Below the pieces are notes generated by a model. It saw only the letters and a program-made list of their open reading frames with translations, was not told the origin of the DNA and did no database searches. This document shows, one piece after another, positions 46,856 through 56,387 of a stretch of 64,000 bases of DNA; positions within the stretch are counted from its first letter, which is position 1; the number at the start of each line of letters is the position of its first letter. The stretch is from Reclinomonas americana ATCC 50394 (taxonomy: Eukaryota), in the NCBI GenBank assembly GCA_048213135.1, contig PS015009.1, forward strand, positions 1,736,001 to 1,800,000, written 5' to 3'. The position numbers and the translations under genes were made by a program.

Positions 46856-49800
46856 TTACCCGATAGGAACGATCAGTTCAAGAATAGAACTGCTTTTGTG
46901 CACCTGCACATCGAATGTGGCGTTAATGGAACGCACTCTTTTTTCCATATCCTTTCTTTGCAGCATATGAGTAAGTTGCTGGAGGTCGCAGCCCTCGTTA
47001 TTCAACTGGATGGTGAACAGAAGTTTGTTCTTTTCCAGTCCCAGGTGTAACCTGCATTTGCGGGCACCTGCCTGCACCAGGCTGGCGATGGCGTCTTTGA
47101 ACAGCAGGAAGGATTCGTGCCGCAGTTTCATATTAAGGGAAAGACTGCACACCTTCTTATCGGTATGCATTTCGATATCGGTAGCATGCCGGTTATTCAG
47201 CGCGTCGATGTATTCCTTCATCCGCAGGATCGTTTTCTCCATATTGTCATTGTCCGGATCAAGGCTCCACAACATATCATCCATCGCAATGATCATGTTA
47301 TGGCTCTTGTTGTGTATCTGTTCGATGAACTCTTTTGATTTCTGGGGTTCTTTATCCGCTTTCAACCTCGCCATCTCACTCAGAATATTGATATTATTAA
47401 GTGCCGTATTTACTTCTTCATGCAGGTTGCCGGCAATATCACTCCGCATTTTTTGCATAGCGGCTTTACGTTTCATGCGTTCCCTGTCTATCCAGAACAG
47501 GATGCCCGTAACGAGCAGTACGAGCAGGCTGTAGAACCACCAGCTTCGCCAGAACGGAGGGCGCACTTTAATGATGAGCTGCGTCACGTGCTTACCCCTT
47601 ATACCTTCCGTGTCTTCTGTAAGAGCGACAAAAGAATAAGTGCCAGGAGGAAGATAGGAGTAAATGGCCTGGTTATTTTTATCAGCTACCTGCCAGGCTT
47701 TGTCGAGCGGTTCCAGCTTGTATTTAATGAGTGTAGCTTCGTTGTAGTTAAGCGTGGAGAACTCGATCAGCAATGAGTTGGCATCATGGCGGAGTACGAT
47801 CTTATCCAGCGCCAGCAGGGAATCTACACGGAGAGATTTGTTCATTACCTTGAAATCCGTGATATGAACGGGAGGTGTGGACCCACTGATGTTCATGCGT
47901 GAGGGGTCGAACACAACAAACTGGTTACTGCTGCCAAAAATGATTCTCCCATCAGGGAGTTTATGCGATGAGGCGAGTACAAAGTGATCATTGAGAATAC
48001 CATCAGCCCTGTCAAATTTTACAAATATCTTATTGTTTACATTTACGCGGAATATGCCATTGGTGGTGGACACCCACAGGTATCCCTGTTTATCGATCTC
48101 TATGGCGGTGATGTTGCCATACATGATATTCGGACCGCCCAGTGTCAGCATCATTTTACTGTATTGGTTATACAGGAAGATGCTGTTGGTATTGGAAATA
48201 ATGAGGCAACTGTCGTTGTAAGGCAGCACGCAGGAAATACCATCGCCGATCTGTTTGATCTGCCCCTCCGATTTACTGTAAATATGCTGCACAACATTGC
48301 CGGTGCGGGCGTCTATCACATATAAGCCTTCCACGGAAGTACCTATCCATACATAGCCCGTTTTCTGGTCGGCGTAGATCTTGTTGATCATAACCCGGCC
48401 AACGGAATTGTAGCGGGAGAGCCCGGCATCAAAATTCTTTTTCCCTTTTTCCCGGTCCCACCTGAATACCCCTACATGCTGCATTCCCAGCCAGAGGTTG
48501 CCGTATTTATCTTCCGCCACCTGGCGCACAGTCCTGTCTTCCAGCAGCGGCGGGTTGTGGAACTGTATTTTGTTGGTGGCCTGGTTATACTCGTAAATAC
48601 CCGGCTGTGCCGACATCCAGATGGTATTACTGTCCCGCGATTTCGTCATACTCCATACCGAATGGCAGGGTGCCGGTTCAATATTTTTTATGTTGAGCGG
48701 AAGCGGCTTCAGGTTCATATCATACCGGAACAACCCGTTGCCCCAGGTACCGGTGAGCAGTGTACCGTTGCGGGTGGTTACAAAAGACATGAGTGTACCG
48801 TCGCCGATGTTTTTGGTGATGGGATTGATATGCTGGACATTGGAAAAGAATTGCTCCTTGGGCGCAAAGCGGTAGAGTCCATTATTCCGTGTCGCTATCC
48901 ATAGGTTCTCTTCCCGGTCTTCGCAAAAGTCGGCCACAATATCATACACAATGCTCTGTTCGCTTTCATAACCATTGCGCACGAGTTCGAACCGGTTATC
49001 TTTTTCAATATAGGAGGCCAGCACTTTATAGCCCCTTACCCATATGGTACCGTCCTTCTGTTCAAGAAAGCCGCCTACTTCATTATAGGCTTTCAGTTCG
49101 CTGAGGAATTCGTAATTGGTAAGCAGTATTTTCCTGTTACGGATGTCGTAGCAATGTACATATGGAAATGCTGGTCCCCAGGTATCGAACCAGAGTCTTT
49201 TTTTACTGTCGATAAGCGGATTCGATGGCGCAGGGATCTTGGCAAACAGGTCAATGGCAGGTTCTTTTTCCAGGTTATGTCCGGGGTAGCTGAATTGCCT
49301 GGTGTCATGATTGTACACAGCAAGTCCTCCGCTCTGTAATCCCATCCAGTAGCGGCTTGTACCGGGTTCATGTACTACGTCGGTAATGTCCCAGTTCAGG
49401 GGTACCGGAATAAAGTTGGCCGCTGTGGAGAATGTATTATGCAGGCTGTCCCAGGTGGCAAATCCCCTGCCCCAGCACACATAAAAAACATTGCCCTTTT
49501 CATCTGTGTGTAGTTTTTTCTGGGTTTTCAGCCATTCGGGATTCGGCACTTTTACCTGCGTTTGCCGGAAAATAAAGGTATGGGTATCGAATATGCCTAC
49601 ACTGCCGTCGCCCATCAGCAACCAAAAATTCTTTCTTTTATCGAAGGCCAGGGAGACCACATTATTGAATGAAATACTGGTGGGGTCATTCTGCCGGTGC
49701 AGGAAAGTTTTGAAACGTGTTCCATCATACCGCTGCAGTCCACTGTTGGTGGCTATCCACATATAACCTTCCATGTCCTGTATCGTGGCATTCACCTCGT

Positions 49801-49915
49801 TCGATGCCAGTCCAGTTGCCCCGCTGTAGTGCATCGCTGAATAGATCCTTCCCGGCGGTTGGGCCCGGAGCAGCAAAGGAAGCGCCAGCAGGAGAATGGA
49901 GATAATGCGGTTCAA
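46856..49915 (-). CDS. Beta-propeller / Y_Y_Y sensor with degenerate HisKA_3-HATPase module
   Basis: Signal peptide, repeated D..G..W..T..GL blades, YSYLPPGTYSF, PPFWRSWWF TM segment and LHEE H-box. ATP-binding boxes are absent. Confidence 0.85.
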   Translation of the reverse strand: MNRIISILLLALPLLLRAQPPGRIYSAMHYSGATGLASNEVNATIQDMEGYMWIATNSGLQRYDGTRFKTFLHRQNDPTSISFNNVVSLAFDKRKNFWLLMGDGSVGIFDTHTFIFRQTQVKVPNPEWLKTQKKLHTDEKGNVFYVCWGRGFATWDSLHNTFSTAANFIPVPLNWDITDVVHEPGTSRYWMGLQSGGLAVYNHDTRQFSYPGHNLEKEPAIDLFAKIPAPSNPLIDSKKRLWFDTWGPAFPYVHCYDIRNRKILLTNYEFLSELKAYNEVGGFLEQKDGTIWVRGYKVLASYIEKDNRFELVRNGYESEQSIVYDIVADFCEDREENLWIATRNNGLYRFAPKEQFFSNVQHINPITKNIGDGTLMSFVTTRNGTLLTGTWGNGLFRYDMNLKPLPLNIKNIEPAPCHSVWSMTKSRDSNTIWMSAQPGIYEYNQATNKIQFHNPPLLEDRTVRQVAEDKYGNLWLGMQHVGVFRWDREKGKKNFDAGLSRYNSVGRVMINKIYADQKTGYVWIGTSVEGLYVIDARTGNVVQHIYSKSEGQIKQIGDGISCVLPYNDSCLIISNTNSIFLYNQYSKMMLTLGGPNIMYGNITAIEIDKQGYLWVSTTNGIFRVNVNNKIFVKFDRADGILNDHFVLASSHKLPDGRIIFGSSNQFVVFDPSRMNISGSTPPVHITDFKVMNKSLRVDSLLALDKIVLRHDANSLLIEFSTLNYNEATLIKYKLEPLDKAWQVADKNNQAIYSYLPPGTYSFVALTEDTEGIRGKHVTQLIIKVRPPFWRSWWFYSLLVLLVTGILFWIDRERMKRKAAMQKMRSDIAGNLHEEVNTALNNINILSEMARLKADKEPQKSKEFIEQIHNKSHNMIIAMDDMLWSLDPDNDNMEKTILRMKEYIDALNNRHATDIEMHTDKKVCSLSLNMKLRHESFLLFKDAIASLVQAGARKCRLHLGLEKNKLLFTIQLNNEGCDLQQLTHMLQRKDMEKRVRSINATFDVQVHKSSSILELIVPIG

Positions 49916-49986
49916 GAAAAGGTTTTATGATATCAAAAATAATAAACATGCACCGTAAGGCCAACCAGTCCGTCCGGCTGGTTCCG

Positions 49987-50106
49987 CAATTCATACGCTG
50001 TTTTCCTCAATTCATACCGTCGGACTGTTCCGTGGATAGCAGCTGTCCCAGCTGTGAGCCGTATCCGGACACGTTTACAGTTCAACCTGTTTTAGTTTCA
50101 ATTCAT
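49987..50106 (+). promoter_or_regulatory. LytTR-type direct repeats
   Basis: CAATTCAT at 49987 and 50008; CAGTTCAA at 50078 and CAATTCAT at 50099. Both pairs are 21 bp apart. Confidence 0.7.
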
Positions 50107-50155
50107 ACAAATGGCGCTTCGCGACCCGGCTGCGGAACAACAATTTTGCATCGCA

Positions 50156-50425
50156 ATGAACACGGAAAGAAAAAATATACATCACCTGGCGGGCGATACA
50201 GCCCGGCTCCTGGCGGGTACCGATTTCCGTGATGATACCGCAGCCCGTGAGGCATTGGAAAGAACAGAGCAGGCATTGGAAAAAAGCGGAACGATGCGGC
50301 AGGCCGGGCACAGGATCATCAACATCATCCGTATTCATCACCTCGCGGTAAGCAGCGGCGATAAACAATGCTTCGGCTATGCGCTGCAGAAAGCATTCCG
50401 GGAATGGATGTCACTGGCGAATTAA
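50156..50425 (+). CDS. Hypothetical protein
   Basis: Short helical ORF downstream of the repeat boxes. Confidence 0.5.
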   Translation: MNTERKNIHHLAGDTARLLAGTDFRDDTAAREALERTEQALEKSGTMRQAGHRIINIIRIHHLAVSSGDKQCFGYALQKAFREWMSLAN

Positions 50426-50471
50426 ACCAGCTTAATAATAAAAGCCATATAAAAACAAACAAAACCTTAAC

Positions 50472-51785
50472 ATGAAACATTCATTATTCGTATGCGGAGC
50501 CATCCTGTTACTGGCCAGCTCCTGCAGTAAAGATCCGGCCCCGGCTCCGGCAGAAAGCCCGCTTGCCATTACCGCACAACCATCTATTGGTGGTAACGAC
50601 CGCGATTTCGCCATGGCCATTGCCAAATCCCCTGACGGTGGTTACGTGGTGGCTGGCTATACACAAAGCACAGCAGGCGACCTGGTTACCACACATAATT
50701 CCAGCGACGCTGTGGTCATTAAATACAGCGCCAATCACGTTATGCAATGGAAAAAAGTGTATGGTGGCAGCCTGACAGAATACGCTGCATCGATTATCGC
50801 CACACCTGACGGGGGCTATATTTTCGCCGGCACCGGCAGCAGCACCAATGGCGATATGACCGGCAGCGGCGCTCATGGCGGTGATGATGTATGGGTGGTG
50901 AAGATCGATGCCAATGGTAACATACAATGGCAGAAAGCCTATGGCGGAACCCTGTCTGAAGGAGCCAGGGGAATCGCTTTATGCCCGGATGGCGGCTACG
51001 CAGTAGCCGGGTATTCCTCAAGTGTGAATGGCGACCTTACCTCCAACAAAGGAGTATACGATTGTATGATGCTCAAGATCAGCGCCACCGGTGTTTTACA
51101 ATGGCAGCGCAGCATGGGCAGCACGCAGATTGACCAGGCGAATGGCGTAGCCTGCAAACCTGATGGCAGTATACTGATGGCAGGGCAGGTACGCAAAGCC
51201 GATGGGGATGTGCTTGCCGGTAAAGGCGGAGACGATATCTGGCTGGTAAAATTCAATGCCGCGGGAGACGTACTCTGGTCAAAAACCTATGGCAGCCCCA
51301 ATAACGATCAGGGTAATGCCGTAATAGCTACCGCGAATGGTTACGTGATCTCCGGCATGGTACAGGCTGATGGTGCGGATGTTACAGGTTATCATGATAA
51401 TGGCGACGCGTGGACTTTCGCCATCGACAACAATGGCAACCTGCTCTGGCAAAAAGCAGCAGGCGGTTCTTCTTATGATGTATCGTATGCGGTATCACAG
51501 GCACAGGACGGTGGTTTCTGGATTGCGGGAATGTCGAACAGCAATGATGGTGATATGACGGTAAACCGGGGCGTGGCGGACCTTATGTTGATCAAGCTGA
51601 GCAGTACCGGTCAGTTGCTCTGGCAAAAAAATATGGGTTCATCATCTACTGACCAGGCGCAGGGTGTCATTCCGTTCGGAAGCAGGGGGTGCATTGCAGT
51701 TGGCGCGGTAACCGATAATGACGGAGATGTGAACACCAGTAAGAACCCCGGTAACTACGATATGTGGATGCCGGTAATACAATAA
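50472..51785 (+). CDS. Beta-propeller repeat lipoprotein
   Basis: ASSC lipobox and about 7 repeats of W.K.YGG...D.A......DGGY..AG. Confidence 0.85.
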   Translation: MKHSLFVCGAILLLASSCSKDPAPAPAESPLAITAQPSIGGNDRDFAMAIAKSPDGGYVVAGYTQSTAGDLVTTHNSSDAVVIKYSANHVMQWKKVYGGSLTEYAASIIATPDGGYIFAGTGSSTNGDMTGSGAHGGDDVWVVKIDANGNIQWQKAYGGTLSEGARGIALCPDGGYAVAGYSSSVNGDLTSNKGVYDCMMLKISATGVLQWQRSMGSTQIDQANGVACKPDGSILMAGQVRKADGDVLAGKGGDDIWLVKFNAAGDVLWSKTYGSPNNDQGNAVIATANGYVISGMVQADGADVTGYHDNGDAWTFAIDNNGNLLWQKAAGGSSYDVSYAVSQAQDGGFWIAGMSNSNDGDMTVNRGVADLMLIKLSSTGQLLWQKNMGSSSTDQAQGVIPFGSRGCIAVGAVTDNDGDVNTSKNPGNYDMWMPVIQ

Positions 51786-51806
51786 TCAGTAAAACAAAAG
51801 TATAGC

Positions 51807-52655
51807 ATGAAACCAAATTCATTACAACCGCTTATTACCAGGCTGAGGATATGCACCATCGCGTTCATCCTGGTGATCATCAGCCTCATCCTTTTCTCAT
51901 TTACTGTGAGCAGGATTAATGAGGAGTTTTTCAAACAACTGGGCATCAGTAAAACGGAAGGGGATAAAAAAATCGTCAACAGTATACTCGGTGGCTACCT
52001 TGACGCCTATGGACTGAAAAACGCGAAGAATATCGCACTGGGTAACCGTACAGCCGTGACCAAAGACCTGCTGGTCTATACCCGCCAGTATGTGGGCTCG
52101 CCTGCTTTCCGGAATGAGTACCTTACCCTTAAACAATCGAATAAACCTGTGCAGCCGGAAACGCCCGAAACGCCGGAGCAGATGCGCAGCAATATGATCA
52201 AACTGGCGAAAGAGGGAGTGGAACAATCGGAAGCCGGCCTGAAAAAAGCCGATCCTCAATTCAAAAAAATATTTGAGGATGCTGTAACCTATGCTAAAAA
52301 GAACCTGCAGCAGGCTGAAGATCCCAACAATAAATTCCAGTTGTCGTATAAAAAAAACTACGAACAATTATTAAAGACGCACCAGGAAACGATCAAACTC
52401 AGCCTGGAACACTGGGAAAAGGAATATCCACAGGATCATATGTTATTTGTAAAACAGCGACTGCAGCAATTTCTTGATGAGACGAAAGGAATAGAATATA
52501 CTGCAACCACCTTCAGCAGGAATGGTAAACAGTATTTCACCGATCCGCAGTACGAACGTAAAAGCAATCGCTGGAAAATGGCTTACCGTGCCGGGAAGGA
52601 AGTGGTGGAACCCGCCAGGGAATTCGTTCAGCAGTGGCTGGAAACGATCCGGTAG
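51807..52655 (+). CDS. Hypothetical exported or membrane-anchored helical protein
   Basis: N-terminal hydrophobic helix; 282-aa ORF co-oriented with its neighbours. Confidence 0.7.
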   Translation: MKPNSLQPLITRLRICTIAFILVIISLILFSFTVSRINEEFFKQLGISKTEGDKKIVNSILGGYLDAYGLKNAKNIALGNRTAVTKDLLVYTRQYVGSPAFRNEYLTLKQSNKPVQPETPETPEQMRSNMIKLAKEGVEQSEAGLKKADPQFKKIFEDAVTYAKKNLQQAEDPNNKFQLSYKKNYEQLLKTHQETIKLSLEHWEKEYPQDHMLFVKQRLQQFLDETKGIEYTATTFSRNGKQYFTDPQYERKSNRWKMAYRAGKEVVEPAREFVQQWLETIR

Positions 52656-52686
52656 AAGATACGGTTAAGAAATATTTGAAAAAGCA

Positions 52687-52710
52687 AAGCGCCCTTTTAA
52701 CGGGGCGCTT
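52687..52710. terminator. Stem-loop between convergent genes
   Basis: AAGCGCCC...GGGCGCTT. Confidence 0.6.
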
Positions 52711-52819
52711 CACTTTTGTATGCTCCTGTGGGAGCCGGTGTATTGCTATTGCCTGTCTGTTGATTCTCTTTAATTATCTTCTGCCTGGTATTGAAACATT
52801 ATGCTGTGATAACAGTTCA

Positions 52820-53086
52820 TCAGGACAGCGCTTTTTTCATGTTGGCCGCTTCGTCTTTGCCCCTGTGCAGCAGGGCTTCTGTTTCTTCTTTGGCACTGTG
52901 GAATTTAGACGCAATGCCGTCAACGAGGTTGTTGTATTTGTCCTTGATAGCGTCTTTCAGGTCGCCGGCTTTACCGGAAATTTTCTTCCTTGTAGAAGAG
53001 CCCTTATCTGGCGCAAATAAGATACCCAATACTGCACCGGCTGCCGCACCTAATAAGATACCTTTTGCCAATTTCGCGTTACTCAT
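52820..53086 (-). CDS. YtxH domain protein
   Basis: GAAAGAVLGILFAPDKG..TR. Confidence 0.9.
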   Translation of the reverse strand: MSNAKLAKGILLGAAAGAVLGILFAPDKGSSTRKKISGKAGDLKDAIKDKYNNLVDGIASKFHSAKEETEALLHRGKDEAANMKKALS

Positions 53087-53127
53087 AGTCTTAAATTTTT
53101 AGCGTTTAAAAATGATTATTGATCAGT

Positions 53128-53607
53128 TCAGGAAAAATCGAATTGCCTGTAATGTTGAGAATTGAACATTTCTGAAAAAAAGTCCATGATCCTCGTTTTG
53201 AATGATGATGTATGCTGCAATAACTTATTCTCAAAATATTCAACATGCATCATCTTCAGTTTAATCAGAACGATATTGTCATTTATACCGTGGTGGGTGT
53301 GTAACCTGGAAGCATGGTCAGCAGGATCATCCTGCACAATGGATGCTTTTCCACCGATGCATAAGCGGTATGCACCCCCCTTCTGATTGTAATCGAGATA
53401 TGCGTAAAAGTGCTGATCAATATTTTTCGCATAGTTCCCGTTGCATGATGTGAAGAACCATATGTTACCATCGTCTTCGGTTTTTATGGTGGAAATAATA
53501 TTATGTGGCAGTTGTAATTCGGAATCCATTTCAGGTCTGAACATCGCAATCCTTGTTTCGCCGATCTTCCGCTGGAGGAAGAGGAGGTGGTCTTGCTGAA
53601 GTGCCAT
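53128..53607 (-). CDS. Pyridoxamine 5'-phosphate oxidase-like / general stress protein
   Basis: KI.E.RIAMF, DDGNIWFF and I.GKA.IV split-barrel pattern. Confidence 0.7.
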   Translation of the reverse strand: MALQQDHLLFLQRKIGETRIAMFRPEMDSELQLPHNIISTIKTEDDGNIWFFTSCNGNYAKNIDQHFYAYLDYNQKGGAYRLCIGGKASIVQDDPADHASRLHTHHGINDNIVLIKLKMMHVEYFENKLLQHTSSFKTRIMDFFSEMFNSQHYRQFDFS

Positions 53608-53996
53608 AAGAATGAATTTTTGGTGATGAATTACTTCTGACGGTAATAAAACAAAACCCGAACCAATCCATTTTCAGCGTGCCATACGGCCTGAACAACC
53701 TCCTTTTTGTAGAATTTATTCCTCGGACTACGGGAAAGAGGGTGTGGCTTATCCTTTTTTCTACACGCATTTCCTTTGTAATAATTGGACAGCATCCTGT
53801 ATCAATACACCGTAAAGTAAACCGGGGGATCAATTTCCTTAAACCCGGTAACCCGGCAGGATATGGATTTCTGTCTGGCCGGCTGTTGTAAAGCACTAAT
53901 GATCAACTCATATAATATGCTTACAATCATTTATTTGTTTTCATTGAATTCCTCGTTCTTGCAGATACACATTAAAAGCCGTAATTTTTGAACCCC

Positions 53997-54026
53997 GGGC
54001 AACCCAAAAGCTCCTTTTTACGATTA
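53997..54026 (+). promoter_or_regulatory. Putative ECF sigma promoter (copies at 57391-57417 minus and 58890-58919 plus)
   Basis: GGGCAACC-N16-CGATTA. Confidence 0.7.
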
Positions 54027-54046
54027 CAGATGACAAATACCAGGAT

Positions 54047-54631
54047 TTGCTTTCAGCAGAAGAATTAAGTCTGTACATCAGGGGCTGTACCCTGAACCAG
54101 AGAGAGAGCCAGAAAAAAATATATAACTCTTTCTACGGGTATGCTATGTCGGTATGTGATTGCTATGCCGACAATGAGGAAGATGCCGTTGAAATACTGA
54201 ACGACGGATTCCTGAAAATTTTCAAAGAGATACACCGCTACAAACCGGCTTATGCCAACGAGATCAATTCTTTCAAAGGTTGGTTGCGTAAAATAATGGT
54301 ATATACCGCCATCGACCACTTCAGGAAAAATCAGAAGCACCGTGTTGTAGGTGAGCTGGATGTTTCGCTGGTGTATACCCCCGTACAGGAAGAAGACGGA
54401 CTGGATAAATTGTCGTATGATGAGATCATCCGTTTCATCCAGAACCTGTCCCCTGCTTACAGAACAGTGCTCAATCTCTTCATCATAGAGGGATTCAGCC
54501 ATGAAGAGATTGCCAAACAGCTGGACATTTCGGTAGGCACTTCCAAATCGAACCTGGCTAAAGCGAGAAAACAATTGCAGAAAATATTATCTACTCAAAA
54601 TAAAACCGCTCAGATAAAAAATGTTGGATGA
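54047..54631 (+). CDS. ECF RNA polymerase sigma factor
   Basis: DA.EILNDGFLKIF, F.GWL.KI, and region 4 EGFSHEEIA..L.IS.GTSKSNL.KAR. Confidence 0.95.
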   Translation: MLSAEELSLYIRGCTLNQRESQKKIYNSFYGYAMSVCDCYADNEEDAVEILNDGFLKIFKEIHRYKPAYANEINSFKGWLRKIMVYTAIDHFRKNQKHRVVGELDVSLVYTPVQEEDGLDKLSYDEIIRFIQNLSPAYRTVLNLFIIEGFSHEEIAKQLDISVGTSKSNLAKARKQLQKILSTQNKTAQIKNVG

Positions 54632-56225
54632 AGAAATGGACGATATCATAAGGGAGGCGGCCAGCAAACACCACCCGGCCTATAACGATACGGCCTGGGA
54701 GAAAATGCAGCAGAAACTCGATATACATCTTCCGCAAAAAGACGACAGGCGGAGGTATATCTACTGGCTATTGCTTTTCCTGCTTTTGAGTGGCTCTGTA
54801 TTCACGGGCCTGTTGTTCTATTATAATAACAGTGAAAAGAATAACAGGCAACAACTCGCTGCTGATAAAATCAATGCCCCGGCATCTCAAAACCAGGCAC
54901 AGGGAACATCAACACCTTCAGGCATTACTGGTACAACTGCAACGGGGAACAATAACACCGGAACAGATCAACAACCTGCGGATAATAAAGGGACCGCACC
55001 TCCCTTGCCTAATACCGGCACTGGCAGCCAGCACAAGGCAAATACACCGGCAGATGTCCATAATAATACTCTACCTGCCGATCCTAACCAGTTTGCAGGA
55101 AAAAATAATATAGTACCGGTAACGGGTACACGCAACGGTGCTGTTGTTAACGGAAAGTCTTACAGGAAAAGAAAAGGGCAACTTAATATGTCGGTGATTG
55201 CCCCGGGACAATTGACCGCCACCGACCCGGCCACCGGTGAGGAAAAACTGTACGATCCCGCCGGGAAGCGAAAAGTAACACAACGCGGCCGCACCCGTAT
55301 GCAGGTGAATGCGCCCCAGGTTATTGCTGATAAAAATAACAAACCGGGAAAGAAGAAAAACAAGGGAAAGCCCGTTGGAGAAGAAGAGATGAACGGGGAG
55401 CCGGTTACTATAGCCACTACGCCTGTTGATCCCACTACTTACCAGCAACATGCGGAGAAAGAAAACACATCCAAACCTGGCACTGAAGTGCTTACCAATA
55501 ACACTCCCGAAGAAAATAAAAAGGAAGAAAAAGAGATAACCAAAGAAGAGCCAAAGAAAACCGACAGTGCGGAGAAGAAAGTGACAGTTTCCAGTAAGAA
55601 ACCCGAAGAGAAGAAAAAGAAAGGATTTGGTAATAATTTCGGCATTACGGTATCCGCCGGTGCCGACATGAGTTTCATTACCCTGAGCAAACCCGGCAAA
55701 GCCACATTTATTTATGGTGCCGGACTAAGCTATGATTTTGCCAAATGTTTTACCGTGCAGGCAGGGTTCCTGGTCTCTAAAAAAATATATACCGCTCTGC
55801 CGGATCAATATGAGCAGGGAACAACTTATCCCTACCTGCAGGACATTGACGCCGTTTGTAAGGTGTACGAGATCCCCGTAAGCATTACTTATCGTTTCGC
55901 GGAAAAGAGGAACCACAATTGGTTTGGCGGCGTTGGCCTTTCTTCCTTTATTATGAAGAAAGAAGATTACGATTACAATTATAAATATCCCGGGGGGCCG
56001 GTTTATCAATACAGGTATTCATATGCCAATGAGAACAAGCATTACTTTTCCGTACTCAGCCTTTTTGCGGGCTACCAGTACAAACTGAGTGATCGCATCT
56101 CATTTATGGCAGGACCTTATTTCAAACTTCCTTTGGGTGGAGTAGGAGCCGGGAAAATAAAACTGAACAGCGGGGGTTTGTTGCTGACGGCAACGGTTAA
56201 GCCATTCGCGAAGAAGAAATCATAA
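54621..56225 (+). CDS. Putative anti-sigma factor with TM helix, long low-complexity linker and C-terminal outer-membrane beta-barrel
   Basis: Overlaps the sigma stop. Short cytoplasmic AWEKMQQKLD segment, one TM helix, N/T/P/K/E-rich linker and YEIPVSITY-type barrel strands. Confidence 0.75.
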   Translation: MLDEEMDDIIREAASKHHPAYNDTAWEKMQQKLDIHLPQKDDRRRYIYWLLLFLLLSGSVFTGLLFYYNNSEKNNRQQLAADKINAPASQNQAQGTSTPSGITGTTATGNNNTGTDQQPADNKGTAPPLPNTGTGSQHKANTPADVHNNTLPADPNQFAGKNNIVPVTGTRNGAVVNGKSYRKRKGQLNMSVIAPGQLTATDPATGEEKLYDPAGKRKVTQRGRTRMQVNAPQVIADKNNKPGKKKNKGKPVGEEEMNGEPVTIATTPVDPTTYQQHAEKENTSKPGTEVLTNNTPEENKKEEKEITKEEPKKTDSAEKKVTVSSKKPEEKKKKGFGNNFGITVSAGADMSFITLSKPGKATFIYGAGLSYDFAKCFTVQAGFLVSKKIYTALPDQYEQGTTYPYLQDIDAVCKVYEIPVSITYRFAEKRNHNWFGGVGLSSFIMKKEDYDYNYKYPGGPVYQYRYSYANENKHYFSVLSLFAGYQYKLSDRISFMAGPYFKLPLGGVGAGKIKLNSGGLLLTATVKPFAKKKS

Positions 56226-56333
56226 ACGATCACACCGGCGAAAGGAAGATGAAACACCAGTCATACATGTGCTTTATTCATGTGTTTTTAAAAGGACTCT
56301 ATGAAAATAATGCCATAACAGTGATGAACATCA

Positions 56334-56364
56334 AAAGGCCCGTCCAATATTAAGACGGGCCTTT
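56334..56364. terminator. Bidirectional terminator
   Basis: AAAGGCCCGTC-N9-GACGGGCCTTT between convergent genes. Confidence 0.8.
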
Positions 56365-56387
56365 GATTGGGATGGAGAGCGAACGGT

